Assembly: GCA_002269645.1 (NCBI GenBank)
Contig: NIVC01001281.1
Location: forward strand, 256,859 to 320,858
DNA from: Macrostomum lignano
Lineage: Eukaryota
Reading direction: 5' to 3'
DNA: 64,000 nucleotides
Shown here: in pieces, positions 31,965 through 49,149 of the stretch
How positions within the stretch are numbered: the stretch's first letter is position 1
Layout: the number at the start of each line of letters is the position of its first letter
Program-made: the position numbers and the translations under genes
The notes under the pieces: generated by a model
The model's input: only the letters and a program-made list of their open reading frames with translations
What the model was told of the DNA's origin: nothing
The model's database searches: none

Positions 31965-32420
31965 CAGCCTCCTGACCCTCATCATAGCCTCCCGATCCTC
32001 AGCCCAGCCTCCTGACCCTCATCATAGCCTCCCGATCCTCAGCCCAGTCTCCCGATCCTCAGCCCAGCCTCCTGACCCTCATCATAGCCTCCTGACCTTC
32101 AGCACAGCATCCCGATCCTCAGCGCAGTCTCCCGATCCTCAGCACAGCCTCCTGATCCTCAGCGCAGTCTCCCGATCCTCAGCCCAGCCTCCTGACCCTC
32201 AGCACAGCTTCCTGACCTTCATAATAGCCTCCCGATCCTCAGCCCAGCCTCCTGACCCTTATTATAGCTTCCTGACCTTCAGCAAAGCATCTCGATCCTA
32301 AGCACAGCCTCCTGATCCTCAGCCCAGCCTCCTGACCCTCAGCACAGCCTCCTGACCCTCAGCACAGCCTCCTGACCCTCAGCACAGCCTCCTGACCCTC
32401 AGCACAGCCTCCTGATCCTG
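31965..32420. repeat. 20-bp degenerate minisatellite
   Basis: Unit agcacagcctcctgaccctc. Confidence 0.9.
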
Positions 32421-33258
32421 TCTTTGCCTCCCTCTACCCCTCTCGCTCTCCCCTCTCTCCTTCTCTGTCCCCAATGCATCCCCCAGACTCTATCAGCTCC
32501 ATCCTGTCCAGCTGCGGCTCTCCAGCTCCCTGAGTCAGCTTTTCTCGCCCACCGTGAGCTTCCGCATTGTCTCTCTGGCTTCCTCGTCTCCCTGCCCCAC
32601 TCGCCTCCCCGGACACAGAATCTGCAGTCGCCATCCAAAGCAGATTTGTCACACTGCATCACTCTGACCAGATCCCTCAATTCACCCCCTCACCCGATGA
32701 AGTCCCAGCCGAGAGCTCCCATAATTGAAGCTGCTCCGATCAATCTGTGTGGGATTTGGGAACCCTGGCCAGTCCCCACCCGGACTCGAGCCGTGGTTGC
32801 TGAATTTGCTCCATTCTAAACAGCAAGATCTGCCGTTGGTCTGTTTGCCTGCATCTTGAGCAGTGTAGCAAAAGCATGAAAATTCAGCATTGTAAATTCT
32901 GTGCGCCAGTTTAATACAGAAGATATTCAGATTTTGTTATATAGATTTGTCCCACTTGCAAGCACTCGGCACTGGTTGTCAAGCACACAGCTGCACTCTC
33001 GGGCTGAGTGGGCCAACAGCTGCGTGAGTGACTAGTGAGCCACCGGAGGGTCAAGTGGGAAAGGCGGAGTCGCTCCTCCCACAGCCCACCGCCCCGGAGC
33101 CGCATTATTTGGCTGTCATGCAATTCGCGTTGGACTCTTAGACTCCTGTGACTGCATAACTGTTCTCCAGCGGCAGGGAGAGCTGTGGCCTCAGCAGATC
33201 CACCCAGGCCGACTCAGCTGTTAGATAGTCCTGAATTGTGTGGATGCTCGGTGATGTG

Positions 33259-33640
<382 letters not shown>

Positions 33641-33974
33641 CATTCAGGCACAGCCAGTTTGATGGGATCAGCTCTTACGCAGCTGGCACGCTATCATTTT
33701 CCCGATTTCAGAATCCAATTTCACTGTCGGCTGTTCATTGCCCCCCGCTCAGCGAGTCCTGATGCCCGGGGATTAGGGGTCCGGACAGCCAATCGGAGGG
33801 GACCAGGCCGACCCCCGCCGAGCAGCTTCAGATTATCTAAGCAGCTTCCAGTCCGGCCAGGCGGGAGATGCCGACAGCTCCCTGACAGATCCCAGCACCC
33901 AAATCCCATCTTTTCTAACGGTAATTTATCATCGCCGAGGCTGAGAGCAGTCCGGAAGATCGAAATCTGCCACC

Positions 33975-34288
33975 ATGGCCGCCGCAGCCAGGGATTTGAG
34001 CGGCTATGCGATTCTACTGGCGCAGGACTTGAGCACAGACCGTTGCCGTCTCCTGGGTGAGTCTTCTCAGCTCACTTGTGCTGCCTCGCGTTATGCCAGC
34101 TTGCGCTTCTTCTGTCAGTAACGATTTGTTATAACATTATAAATGTTGCACTGAATTCTCCTATCACAGGCCTCAGCTGCGACTATACCGAAGATTGCTT
34201 CGATGAAGTATTTGCGATCAACGACATCCCCCTGTCTGACATTGTCGGGTGCTCCGACGATGACGAGCGAATGTTTCTGATTGAAATG
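33975..34288 (+). CDS. First two exons of an unresolved gene, SAM-domain-like N-terminus (67 codons, open 3' end)
   Basis: gccaccATGG at 33975. Exons 33975-34056 and 34170-34288 (phase 1, then a GTGAG phase-0 donor) give MAAAARDLSGYAILLAQDLSTDRCRLLGLSCDYTEDCFDEVFAINDIPLSDIVGCSDDDERMFLIEM. The SAM resemblance is by eye only. Confidence 0.55.
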
Positions 34289-36589
34289 GTGAGACACACT
34301 GTGTGGCATCATCATTTGATTGTTTTTCAATAACAGTTTTCGGAATTACTATAGCTTCATGTATAGCTCGTATTTATTTTTAATTTTCATGTTCATTTAA
34401 ACGAGTAACGATAGTTTAATAAAAAAATAACGAGACTTAGCTTTCACTCTATATATCATTTTGATGGGCAAAACCAGCAGAGCTTATTTTTAAGTCTACA
34501 GTAACAAACAGCTACTTTTATAAAACAAAAAGCGCATTTTTTGCAAAAGAATAAATTGCAAAATGCAAAAACCACGAATTTAATAAAGTTTGTTAAGCTA
34601 CAATATTTAGAATATTTAAAAATTAGAACCGACTAAGAAATCGGAAGTTTCGGCCTCTTCTAAAGCACGTTTTTTGAGTTTAATGATTTTATAAAACAAT
34701 AATTTTCGTTTCAATTCGACTCAAAGTATGCTTTACAGGTAAGCTTTTTAAATATCAAGTTTTTTCTTCAAAAAATGACTACCACAGTCAAACTAACTGT
34801 AGTATACTGCCACAGTTGAATAGTTATTTCTATAAATTCCAACTAAATTCAAATCATTTCAATTGGAATTGGCTGCAAAATTGGTCTAGTTTTAAAACCA
34901 TGTTATCATAAAGCTTAAGACAGTTTTTTGATTCAGTAGATTTTTTGAATTTCCTGTTTTGATTTCACAGTTAGGTAAAAAATAGATTTTACAATGTTAA
35001 AAATATCTAGGCTACTTATTATTTTTTAATTAAGCTAATAACAGGCAAATGTTCAGGCATGGCATGGGATAGGTCAAAATGGAATTTGTAGGCCATATTT
35101 TATTCTATAGTTTTAATTTGTAAATTAAGAGTTTTGATTATGGGTATAGAAGATGCTTGCTTTTTTCAATTAGAGTCCTTTTATAATATAGGCCTATTAT
35201 GTCTTAAGTTATCTATTGACTAATAAAATATATAGACTGTAGCTTGGGCTTTAAATTCATAAATTTCTCAATATATAAAATTTATTTAGTTATCAATTAT
35301 CAAGCATTGTATATAACTCACTAAAGTTTTGATACATTAAGTTCTAAACACTAAATTCTAAGGCCTTTTAGCTTATTACTAATAATATATATAGTCATTT
35401 TATTTAGTCAAGCCTATATAACTATGTAACTTTTAGCTAGTAGCAGTTGCTTTGAGTTCAAATGCAAGTTTTATTGAAAAATTTAAACTCAAGAATTTTT
35501 GAATTTTTCTACTCAGTAATAATGCTCCATCTGCTCTACTATATAAGTAGTAACAGCGAATATGATCTATAGTGCTCAAATATTGACTTAGAAAAAATAG
35601 CTATGTCAAGAATGCAATTTATCCCAAGCCTGGCTCATTGCTGGCAGCAGGCTTTTAATGTCAGCTGCGAAATAAGGCCTGTCAATTCACTGTAAAGGGT
35701 CGGTAACTCAGAGTAACGAATTTCTATGAGATACATGTGTTTCACCGCTTAGGAACTCGCCAATCTTCGCTACAGAGTCAGGTCGGGGCCCGATAGCCCC
35801 CCCCCCATCTCGCATTCGCCGTATCGCCTCGGCTCCGCCCGCAGACCCGCCCTTTTTCGGGGCTTTGCAGAATACTCGAATGCCGCGTGTAGCCACCCCC
35901 TGCTTCACCTACTCTCTTTCGAGCTTGAAACGCGGTCAAAGGCTCGATTAAAGCTCTAAAGCTTTGTAGGGAGTTGAGGTGGCGAAGGCCGGCTCGGCTC
36001 GACACGGTGCCTGAGTGAAGTTTCCGCCCGAGCGAGAAGAGAATTCGAAGTGGCCTCGGCCAGCAGGGCCGACCTGCCTGCCCCCCCCCTGCCCGCCACC
36101 CCCGCCGCGAGTGCGCGAGGGGCAGCCGCAGCTCCGCCAACCCGCCTCTTCTTTTTACTTTCTTTACCCCCCCCTTCTGCCGATTTTGCAGCCCACCTGC
36201 GGTCTGCGCTGGCGCAACCTCCCTCCCTCCCGCTCACTCCCGCATGCCTGCTTGGGCTATAAGAGTCTCCGGAATAAAGCGACTTCGCCATTGCTGCATG
36301 CCGTGCAAAACTACAGAGTGTGCCTGTGTGCTCTCCAATGTTCTCGATAGAGCCAGTGACCAAGGCGGCTTATCTCTTTGCCTAAATCTCGGCGAATCTC
36401 ACTATATTTTTATTGTAGCCTATTCTAGAAACTTGCGTAAGTTTGCCCCATACTCGTTGTTCAGATCGCTGAGCGCTATGGGAGCCCGATTAATTTCCCG
36501 TTGAGCATTCTCCCCCCCGCCATGAATATCTCCTAACGAGAGCTGATAAGCAGCTAGTTGCAGCTGGCTTCCAGTAGCCCCCTCTGTAG

Positions 36590-36920
36590 CTGGCGCCCCT
36601 TCTGTAGCTGGCGCCCCCTCTGTAGCTGGCGCCCCTTCTGCTAGCTGGCGCCCCTTCTGCTAGCTGGCGCCCCCTCTGTAGCTGGCGCCCTTCTGCTAGC
36701 TGGCGCCCCTTCTGCTAGCTGGCGCCCCTTCCTTCTGCTAGCTGGCGCCCCTTCTGTAGCTGGCGCCCCCTCTGTAGTTGGCGCCCCCTCTGTAGCTGGC
36801 GCCCCTTCTGCTAGCTGGCGCCCCTTCTGCTAGCTGGCGCCTCTTCTGCTAGCTGGCGCCTCTTCTGCTAGCTGGCGCCTCTTCTGCTAGCTGGCGCCCC
36901 CTCTGTAGCTGGCGCCCCCT
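36590..36920. repeat. 18/19-bp minisatellite upstream of the MPP5 exon
   Basis: Unit agctggcgccccttctg(c)t. Confidence 0.92.
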
Positions 36921-37263
36921 TTGGATCCGCAGGCCCAATACATTCGGATCCGCATTCCAACTTGCCGCCCCGCAGTCCGTCCGCGCACACGGCGGCCTCT
37001 CCCTAGACGTCCGCAAGCGCCAGCTGCCGCCCGGACGGCTGCGAGTGTCCCGCGCCTGCTATGTGGCCGTGGACGCCGGCAGCGCCAGCACTCTAGTTCG
37101 GCGACTCGGCGACGCTCCGCTCACCTGCCTGCTCGACTTGGCGGCCCCGCAGCCGCACAAGCAGCGGGAAAAGCAGCAGCTGACGGCTCCTCGCGTGCCC
37201 AGAGACGTCACACAGGAGTCTTTCCTCTGCCTGTCTCCCTCCCCATCCAGCCAAGCCGTTGCC

Positions 37264-41030
<3,767 letters not shown>

Positions 41031-41139
41031 ACTCCGCGTGCTGGCGTGAAGGCCGGGGTTCGAGACTTAGGATTCGCAATTTTTTACATTGGGGTGGGTT
41101 GGGATCAGGATTTTAAACACTGGGATTTAAGGTCTCATA

Positions 41140-41610
41140 TATTGGGGATCTGGGAAGTCAGATATTGGGAATGTAGGATATCAGATATTGAGGATCTGGG
41201 ATGTCAGATATTGGGGATCTGGGATGTCAGGTATTGGGGAGCTGGGATGTCAGGTATTGGGGATCTGGGATGTCAGGTATTGGGGATCTGGGATGTCAGG
41301 TATTGGGGATCTGGGATGTCAGATATTGGGGATCTGGGATGTCAGTTATTGGGGATCTGGGATGTCAGGTATTGGGGATCTGGGATGTCAGTTATTGGGG
41401 ACCTGGGATGTCAGGTATTGGGGATCTGGGATGTCAGTTATTGGGGATCTGGGATGTCAGTTATTGGGGATCTGGGATGTCAGGTATTGGGGATCTGGGA
41501 TGTCAGGTATTGGGGATCTGGGATGTCAGTTATTGGGGATCTGGGATGTCAGTTATTGGGGATCTGGGATGTTAGGTATTGGGGATTTGGGATGTCAGGT
41601 ATTTGAAATC
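41140..41610. repeat. 23-bp minisatellite downstream of the MPP5 stop
   Basis: Unit ggggatctgggatgtcag(g/t)tatt. Confidence 0.93.
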
Positions 41611-42329
41611 CAAGATGTCAGATTTTGAGCTCAGAGTTTTTTACTTGCTAAAAAATATTTTTGAATTCGATGTTCGGAATCTTCAATACATTCTAATCGG
41701 CTCTTGACCAGCAGTCGCGATGAAGCCATCGCCCAGACTCTCACCTTGCATGTCCGCTACTCCCACCGAGCTCTCGGTCTGCCTGCTCTGCTCCAGCCGT
41801 TGGCTGGCCACTCCGCCATTGAATCACTCAGCCGTTTTTGTCACCTGTTCCACCTGATGCTCGCTTCCTTATTTTGCTAATCCCGGCTCATTAGTGAATT
41901 AGCCGCGTCGCTTCCCATTGTTGTTGTTATAATTTTATTGCCTCTGTGATTCCTTTATACCCGCCTCTATGCGCACTTGAGTCAGCCCCCGCCACCCCCG
42001 TGTAGCTCTGAACTGAATTCAATGCACTGCGCCCCCTGCGGAGAGATTTTTATACTTACTGATGATTCCGATTGATCCGCTGCGACTTGCTGATTCTGTG
42101 AGTTCTATGAAATACACCGACTGTAATTAGTCCTCCGCCTCTCAAGCCGGCCAGCTTTGCCTTCACGAAACCGCCTGGTGCTGCTTGCGGATTCAAATTT
42201 GTGCGCTTCAGACTGACTGACTGCTCATCACTTGAGGGCTTGCTTGTGCTGCGGGCCTGGGGGCCTCCTGGCCAGCGGTGGGGAACAGCCTGGGAATGGA
42301 ACCGTCTGCCACCCTGGTTCCCACCAATG

Positions 42330-42740
42330 CCCTAAAGTGCTGACCAAGGCCCAAACCCTGACAGGAAAAGGGCAGCAAAACGGGGACAGGGGGGAGGGGT
42401 TGGGGCCACGCCCACAAGACTGGGCCAAGGCCCGAACCCTGGCAATGGGAGAAAAATTAGGGGAGGGGTTGGGGTCAACCCAACAACCTGACAGGGGCAG
42501 AAAAACGGGAGGTTGCGATCAACCCCACACCCTGGCAGGAAAGCGGGGGAGGAGTTGGGGCCAACCCCACACCCTGACAGGGGCAGGAAAGCGGGGGTTG
42601 GGGCCAACCCCACACCCTGACAGGGGCAGGAAAGCGGGGTTGGGGCCAACCCCACACCCTGACAGGGGCAGGAAAGCGGGGTTGGGGCCAACCCCACACC
42701 CTGGCAAGGGCAGGAGAGCGGTGGTTGGGGCCAACCCCAC
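42330..42740. repeat. Minisatellite of about 41 bp between the two MAGUK genes
   Basis: Unit gggttggggccaaccccacaccctgacaggggcaggaaagcg. Confidence 0.88.
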
Positions 42741-43601
42741 TGTTGTGGCCGCTGGCCAAATTAATAAAATCACTTCACTTGAGACGAAGGAGAGGAGAGG
42801 TAGCTCTCAGCTATAGTGAGCTAGCCAATATATATTATGACTGATACGAGCTAGATGTACATCGATGCGCGTACGTTACATAATAGCATTGAGGGGCCGC
42901 CGCCACACTCCCAGATCCTCAGTTGCTAAGCCAACCTCCCAGATCTTCAGTTGCTGGGCCAGCCTCCCAGATCCTCAGTTGCTAAGCCAACATTCCAAGC
43001 CATACGCTTGTTCAAAGTTGACTTAAAATTTTATCAGAAGATAAAATAAAAATTGTCATTGCCAACAGACAGATTCACCAAATAGCCGTCGCTGCTTGTC
43101 GAGGTGTAAATAGAGCTTCAGCAATGCAACATCACTAATGAAAGCGAAGACATTACTAATAAAACTAGAAAATGCAGCCATCCAGGAGGCTGAGCTCAGC
43201 ATCCATGAGGCTGCAGCACTCCGCCCAGCTCGGATTGGCAAGTGAGTACTCAGTGCGCGCTCATTCCCACGAGAGAGCACAAAACCATCAGAAACAAATT
43301 TCGCTTTTTCCAACTCACCCCCCCCCGCACTCAGGCCGGGGCGCTGACCGCGCTCGGGTGTTGCTAAAAATAGCAGCAGTTTGTCTCGGGCGAGAGACAG
43401 ACGCGGTACTTTGCACTGCACACAGAGCCGCCTGCGCTCGCGAAGAAAGGGGGCGCGCTCAATCCTGAATCTTAAATAGCAAGCCGTGTTTACTTCGACT
43501 AAAGGCCGAAGTAGAGCAGAACTGCAGATAAACAAAACCCTGCGCCGAGTTCTCTGCTGCTTGCAGATATTTTAGATTTGTAGAATTTTTGAGCAGCTGG
43601 G

Positions 43602-46600
43602 ATGAGCAGCTCGCGGCACGTGCTCTACACCAAAGACGACACCGAAGAGCTGGGTGAGGACAACGGCATCCCCCTGTCCAACCTGCAGTCCGACGACTGT
43701 CCGCTTACTGACGACTCCGATGTTGAGGAAGTCACTGTGACAAGGGAGCCGAATCAGAAGAGTCTGGTGAGTCAGATGCAGGGCGGGGAAGGAGGTGGAG
43801 ATGCAGGGCAGGGAAGAAGTGGAGATGCAGGGCGGGGAAGAAGTGGAGATGCAGGGCGGGGAAGAAGTGGAGATGCAGGGCGGGGAAGAAGTGGAGATGC
43901 AGGGCGGGGAAGGAGGTGGAGATGCAGGGTGGGGAGGTGGGAGCAGCGCGGTGTGGCCGAGTTCACCCTTCTCAGCTGTCCCGCGCCACCCTGCAGGGCT
44001 TCTCCGTGATATCCGAGGTCGGGGAGCTGAAGGTCGGCCGTGTCATCGTCGACAGTCCCTGCCACGATCAGCTGAGAGTAGGCGATCGCTTGCTGGCTGT
44101 GAATGACCTCCAGGTTGCGGGGCTGAGTCCGGAGGAGCTCTTTTCTCGTCTGGTGAGTCACCAAGTTGGTGTAGAATTTTACCGTTTGAGAATGGGGATC
44201 AATGTACATTGCTAATCGGGGTGAATGTACATTTCTTATCGGGATGAATGTACATTGCTTATCAGGATGAATGTACATTGCTTATCAGGATGAATGTACA
44301 TTGCTTATAGGGGATGAATGTACATTGCTTATCAGGATGAATGTACATTGCTTATCAGGATGAATGTACATTGCTTATCGGGGATGAATGTAAATTGCTT
44401 ATCGGGGATGAATGTACATTGCTTATCAGGATGAATGTACATTGCTTATCGGGGATGAATGTACATCGCTTACCGGGATGAATATACAATGCCTATCGGG
44501 ATAGATGTACATTGCTTATTGAGACGAATGTGTACTGTGCCGCCCCCCCCCCCCCCCAAGAATCAGGAACAGGCACCTGAGCTGACTTTCAAAGTACGCC
44601 GGGCTTCCGTGAACGGAAACGCAGCCCCAAGCATCGAAGTTGAGCACCTGAGGGCTCCCTACGATTATGACGCCAGCAAGGACTGCCAGTGCCCGTGCAA
44701 GAGTGCCGGTCTGGCCTTCAAGCAAGGTGACATCATCCGAGTTCTGAACAAGAGCGATCGCAACTGGTGGCAGGGCCGCGTCCTGCAAGCGGATGGGTCC
44801 ATGGGCCCAGCTGGCATTTTCCCGGCGCCCAAGTTTCAGAGAAAGCACTTGTGAGTGACGTGTTCCAGAATCAGCTGCAGATAGATCACTCACCTACCCT
44901 CAGCTGCAGATAGATCACTCACCTACCTGCCCTCAGCTGCAGATAGATCACTCACCTACCCTCAGCTGCAGATAGATCACTCACCTACCTACCCTCAGCT
45001 GCAGATAGATCACTCACCTACCCTCAGCTGCAGATAGATCACTCACCTACCTACCCTCAGCTGCAGATAGATCACTCACCTATCCTCAGCTGCAGATAGA
45101 TCACTCACCTATCCTCAGCTGCAGATAGATCACTCACCTACCTGCCCTCAGCCGCAGATAGATCACTCACCTACCCTCAGCTGCAGATAGATCACTCACC
45201 TACCCTCAGCTGCAGATAGATCACTCACCTACCCTCAGCTGCAGATAGATCACTCACCTACCCTCAGCTGCAGATAGATCACTCACCTACCCTCAGCTGC
45301 AGATAGATCTCTCACCTACCCTCAGCTGCAGATAGATCACTCCCCTACCCTCAGCTGCAGATAGATCACTCACCTATCTGCCCTCAGCTGCAGATAGATC
45401 ACTCACCTACCTACCCTCAGCTGCAGATAGATCACTCACCTACCTGCCCTCAGCTGCAGATAGATCACTCACCTACCTGCCCTCAGCTGCAGATAGATCA
45501 CTCACCTATCTACCCTCAGCTGCAGATAGATCACTCACCTATCTACCCTCAGCTGCAGATAGATCACTCACCTATCTACCCTCAGCTGCAGATAGATCAC
45601 TCACCTACCTACCCTCAGCTGCAGATAGATCACTCACCTATCTACCCTCAGCTGCAGATAGATCACTCACCTACCTACCCTCAGCTGCAGATAGATCACT
45701 CACCTACCTACCCTCAGCTGCAGATAGATCACTCACCTACCTACCCTCAGCTGCAGATAGATCACTCACCTACCTACCCTCAGCTGCAGATAGATCTCTC
45801 ACCTACCTTCAGCTGCAGATAGATCACTCACCTACCCTCAGCTGCAGATAGATCACTCACCTACCTTCCCTCAGCTGCAGATAGATCACTCACCTACCTG
45901 CCCTCTGCTGCAGATAGATCACTCACCTACCCTCAGCTGCAGATAGATCACTCACCTACCTACCCTCAGCTGCAGATAGATCACTCAGCTACCTGCCCTA
46001 AGCTGCAGATAGATCACTCACCTACCTACCCTCAGCTGCAGATAGATCACTCACCTACCCTCAGCTGCAGATAGATCACTCACCTACCTACCCTCAGCTG
46101 CAGATAGATCACTCACCTATCCTCAGCTGCAGATAGATCACTCACCTATCCTCAGCTGCAGATAGATCACTCACCTACCTGCCCTCAGCCGCAGATAGAT
46201 CACTCACCTACCCTCAGCTGCAGATAGATCACTCACCTACCCTCAGCTGCAGATAGATCACTCACCTACCCTCAGCTGCAGATAGATCACTCACCTACCC
46301 TCAGCTGCAGATAGATCACTCACCTACCCTCAGCTGCAGATAGATCACTCACCTACCTGCCCTCAGCTGCAGATAGATCACTCACCTACCCTCAGCTGCA
46401 GATAGATCACTCACCTACCCTCAGCTGCAGATAGATCTCTCTCCCGCCCGCAGAAAATCGGACATGGCCGTGGATTTCGAGTCGGTGACCTTGCAAGACT
46501 CCGGGCACCGCCCGAATCTCCTCATCCTGGTGGGCCCCCCGCGCGGCGGTCGGCATGAGCTGCAGGCCGCCCTCTGTCAGAAGCGCCCGGACCTGCTTCG

Positions 46601-47866
46601 CCAGAGACCAGAGGAGGCTGAGGCGGCTGGCTTCTGCTTCATCAGCAAAAAGGAGTTCAAAAGGTTTCGTAAGGCTGGCGAGTTTGTGGAGCAATGGAAA
46701 GCCGAGGACGGCAGCTGCGGCATCCACATCGAGAGCGTCAAGAGGGTGATGGACAGCGGCCGAGTCTGCGTGCTGGCGCTGCGCCCCGACAGCCTGGAGG
46801 CCCTGCGGAGCCGCCGGCCGCCTCTCATGCCCTTCACAGTCTTCGTGCTGCCGCCTCAGCAGCCACAGCAGCTGCGGGACATCCTCGGGCAGCTGGAAGA
46901 TAACGAGGAACTAACCACTGTGAGCACCATCACCCACTCACTGGGAGCACCATCACTCACTCACTATGAGCATCATCACTCACTCACTGTGAGCACCATC
47001 ACTCACTCACTGTGAGCACCATCACTCACTCACTGTGAGCACCATCACTCACTCACTGTGAGCACCATCACTCACTCACTGTGAGCACCATCACTCACTC
47101 ACTGTGAGCACCATCACTCACTCACTGTGAGCACCATCACTCACTCACTATGAGCACAATCACTCACTCACTCTGAGCACCATCACTCACTCACTGTGAG
47201 CACCATCACTCACTCACTGTGAGCACCATCACTCACTCACTATGAGCACAATCACTCACTCACTGTGAGCACCATCACTCACTCACTGTGAGCACCATCA
47301 CTCAATGTGAGCACCATCACTCACTGTGAGCACCATCACTCACTCACTGTGAGCACCATCACTCACTGTGAGCACCATCACTCACTCACTGTGAGCACCA
47401 TCACTCACTCACTGTGAGCACCATCACTCACTCACTGTGAGCACCATCACTCACTCACTGTGAGCACCATCACTCACTCACTGTGAGCACCATCACTCAC
47501 TGTGAGCACCATCACTCACTGTGAGCACCATCACTCACTCACTGTGAGCACCATCACTCACTCACTGTGAGCACCATCACTCACTCACTGAGCACCATCA
47601 CTCACTCACTGAGCACCATCACTCACTCACCCTCCAACACTCCCCAGCTCTCATAATGACTCAATGGCCCTCCTCTACCGCAGGACCATTCGTTCGTCAG
47701 TCGCCTGTCCTCCGTGATCAAGTTCGACATGGGGCACCTGTGCGACCTGTTCCTGCAGCTGACAGACCTTAGTTCCGCTGTCCAGCAGCTGGTGGAGCAG
47801 CTGGAAAAGCTGAGCACTCAGCGTCAGTGGGTGCCCAGTGCCTGGCTGGAGGACTCAACCCGATGA
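43602..47866 (+). CDS. Diverged tandem paralog of MPP5 (PDZ-SH3-GK, no L27), 5 exons, about 419 aa
   Basis: Exons 43602-43766, 43997-44152, about 44561-44850, 46454-46919 and 47684-47866. Intron positions and phases (0, 0, 2, 0) match the neighbouring MPP5. SH3 PCKSAGLAFKQGDIIRV..NWWQGR, GK LILVGPP..GRHEL..ESVKRVMDSGRVCVL, terminal RQWVPSAW. The exon 3 acceptor is ambiguous (44560, 44566 or 44572, all in frame). Confidence 0.88.
43770..43930. repeat. 24-bp repeat in paralog intron 1
   Basis: Unit gatgcagggcggggaagaagtgga. Confidence 0.9.
44200..44500. repeat. 23-bp repeat in paralog intron 2
   Basis: Unit gatgaatgtacattgcttatc(a/g)g. Confidence 0.9.
44870..46440. repeat. 29/33-bp minisatellite filling paralog intron 3, about 50 copies
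   Basis: Unit cagctgcagatagatcactcacctac(ctac)cct. Confidence 0.95.
46920..47630. repeat. 19/23-bp minisatellite in paralog intron 4, made of the 5' splice site itself
   Basis: Unit gtgagcaccatcactcactcact recreates the real junction cact|gtgagc. Confidence 0.95.
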
Positions 47867-48234
47867 AGAAAGAAGCTGCTGCCACACCCTAGCCGAGACT
47901 CGCTGTGTACAAAATCGTCTTTTGTGGCTGTCAATTATTTATTTGTGATCCGAGAAATGCTAATTTGCACTGTCTGCCTCTACTCAAGCTCACTATATGC
48001 AACAGTTTTGCGTAATTCAATAATCCGAATTTTTCATCCACTGCTGCGTTTCTTTGCAAATCAAAAAGTCTAAGAAATTAATTAGTTTCATTTCAGTAAT
48101 TATGAGAACTTCACACCGGGTTTTTTTGTTAATTTGGGTAATTGGCTGGTGAATTACTGCTTACTGAGCTATTTTATTCGTATAATTTTCCTCATTCTAT
48201 CCGCCCACTGGGCGGGGGGCTTTAACCAACCACC

Positions 48235-49050
48235 CCATTCTCTCCTCCCCTGTTATTTCAACTGATTAGCTGGGGGCTTGGTCCACCACCCCATTCTCTA
48301 TCCTCTGTCCTTTCACTGTTTGGCCGGGAGCTTGGTCCACTACCCCATTCTCTCTCCTTCTCTGTCCTTTCAATGATTGGCTGGGAGCTTGGTCCACCAC
48401 CCCATTCTCTCTCTGTTCTTTCACTGCATGATTGGCCAGGAGCTTGGTCCACCACCCCATTCTCTCTCCTCTGTTCCTTCACTCCATGATTGGCCAGGAG
48501 CTTGGTCCACCACCCCATTCTCTCTCCTCTGTTCTTTCACTGATTGGTCGGGAGCTTGGTCCACCACCCCATTCTCTCTCCTCTGTTCTTTCACTGATTG
48601 TTCGGGAGCTTGGTTCACCACCCCATTCTCTGCCCTCTGTTCTTTCCCTGATTGGCCGGGAGCTTGGTCCACCACCCCATTCTCTCTCCTCTGTTCTTTC
48701 CCTGATTGGCCGGGAGCTTGGTCCATCACCCCATTCTCTCTACTCTGTTCTTTCCCTGATTGGCCGGGAGCTTGGTCCACCACCCCATTCTCTCTCCTCT
48801 GTTCTTTCCCTGATTGGCCGCGGGCTTGGTCCACCACCCCATTCTCTCTCCTCTGTTCTTTCCCTGATTGGCCGGGAGCCTGGTCCACCACCCCATTCTC
48901 TCCCCTCTGTTCTTTCCCTGATTGGCCGGGAGCTTGGTCCACCACCCCATTCTCTCTCCTCTGTTCTTTCCCCGATTGGCCGGGAGCTTGGTCCACCTCC
49001 CCATTCTCTCTCGTTCCCTGTCCTTTCACTGATTGGCCACGGGGTTGGTT
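48235..49050. repeat. 54-bp minisatellite, about 15 copies
   Basis: Unit ttggccgggagcttggtccaccaccccattctctctcctctgttctttccctga. Confidence 0.93.
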
Positions 49051-49149
49051 CAGCAGCCCATATTTTCGTGATAACTCTGAATATTTTGCAACAGGATCAA
49101 ATGTACGATCAAGATTTAAGTCAAACTACCGAAGCGAAAACAGCGGCAG

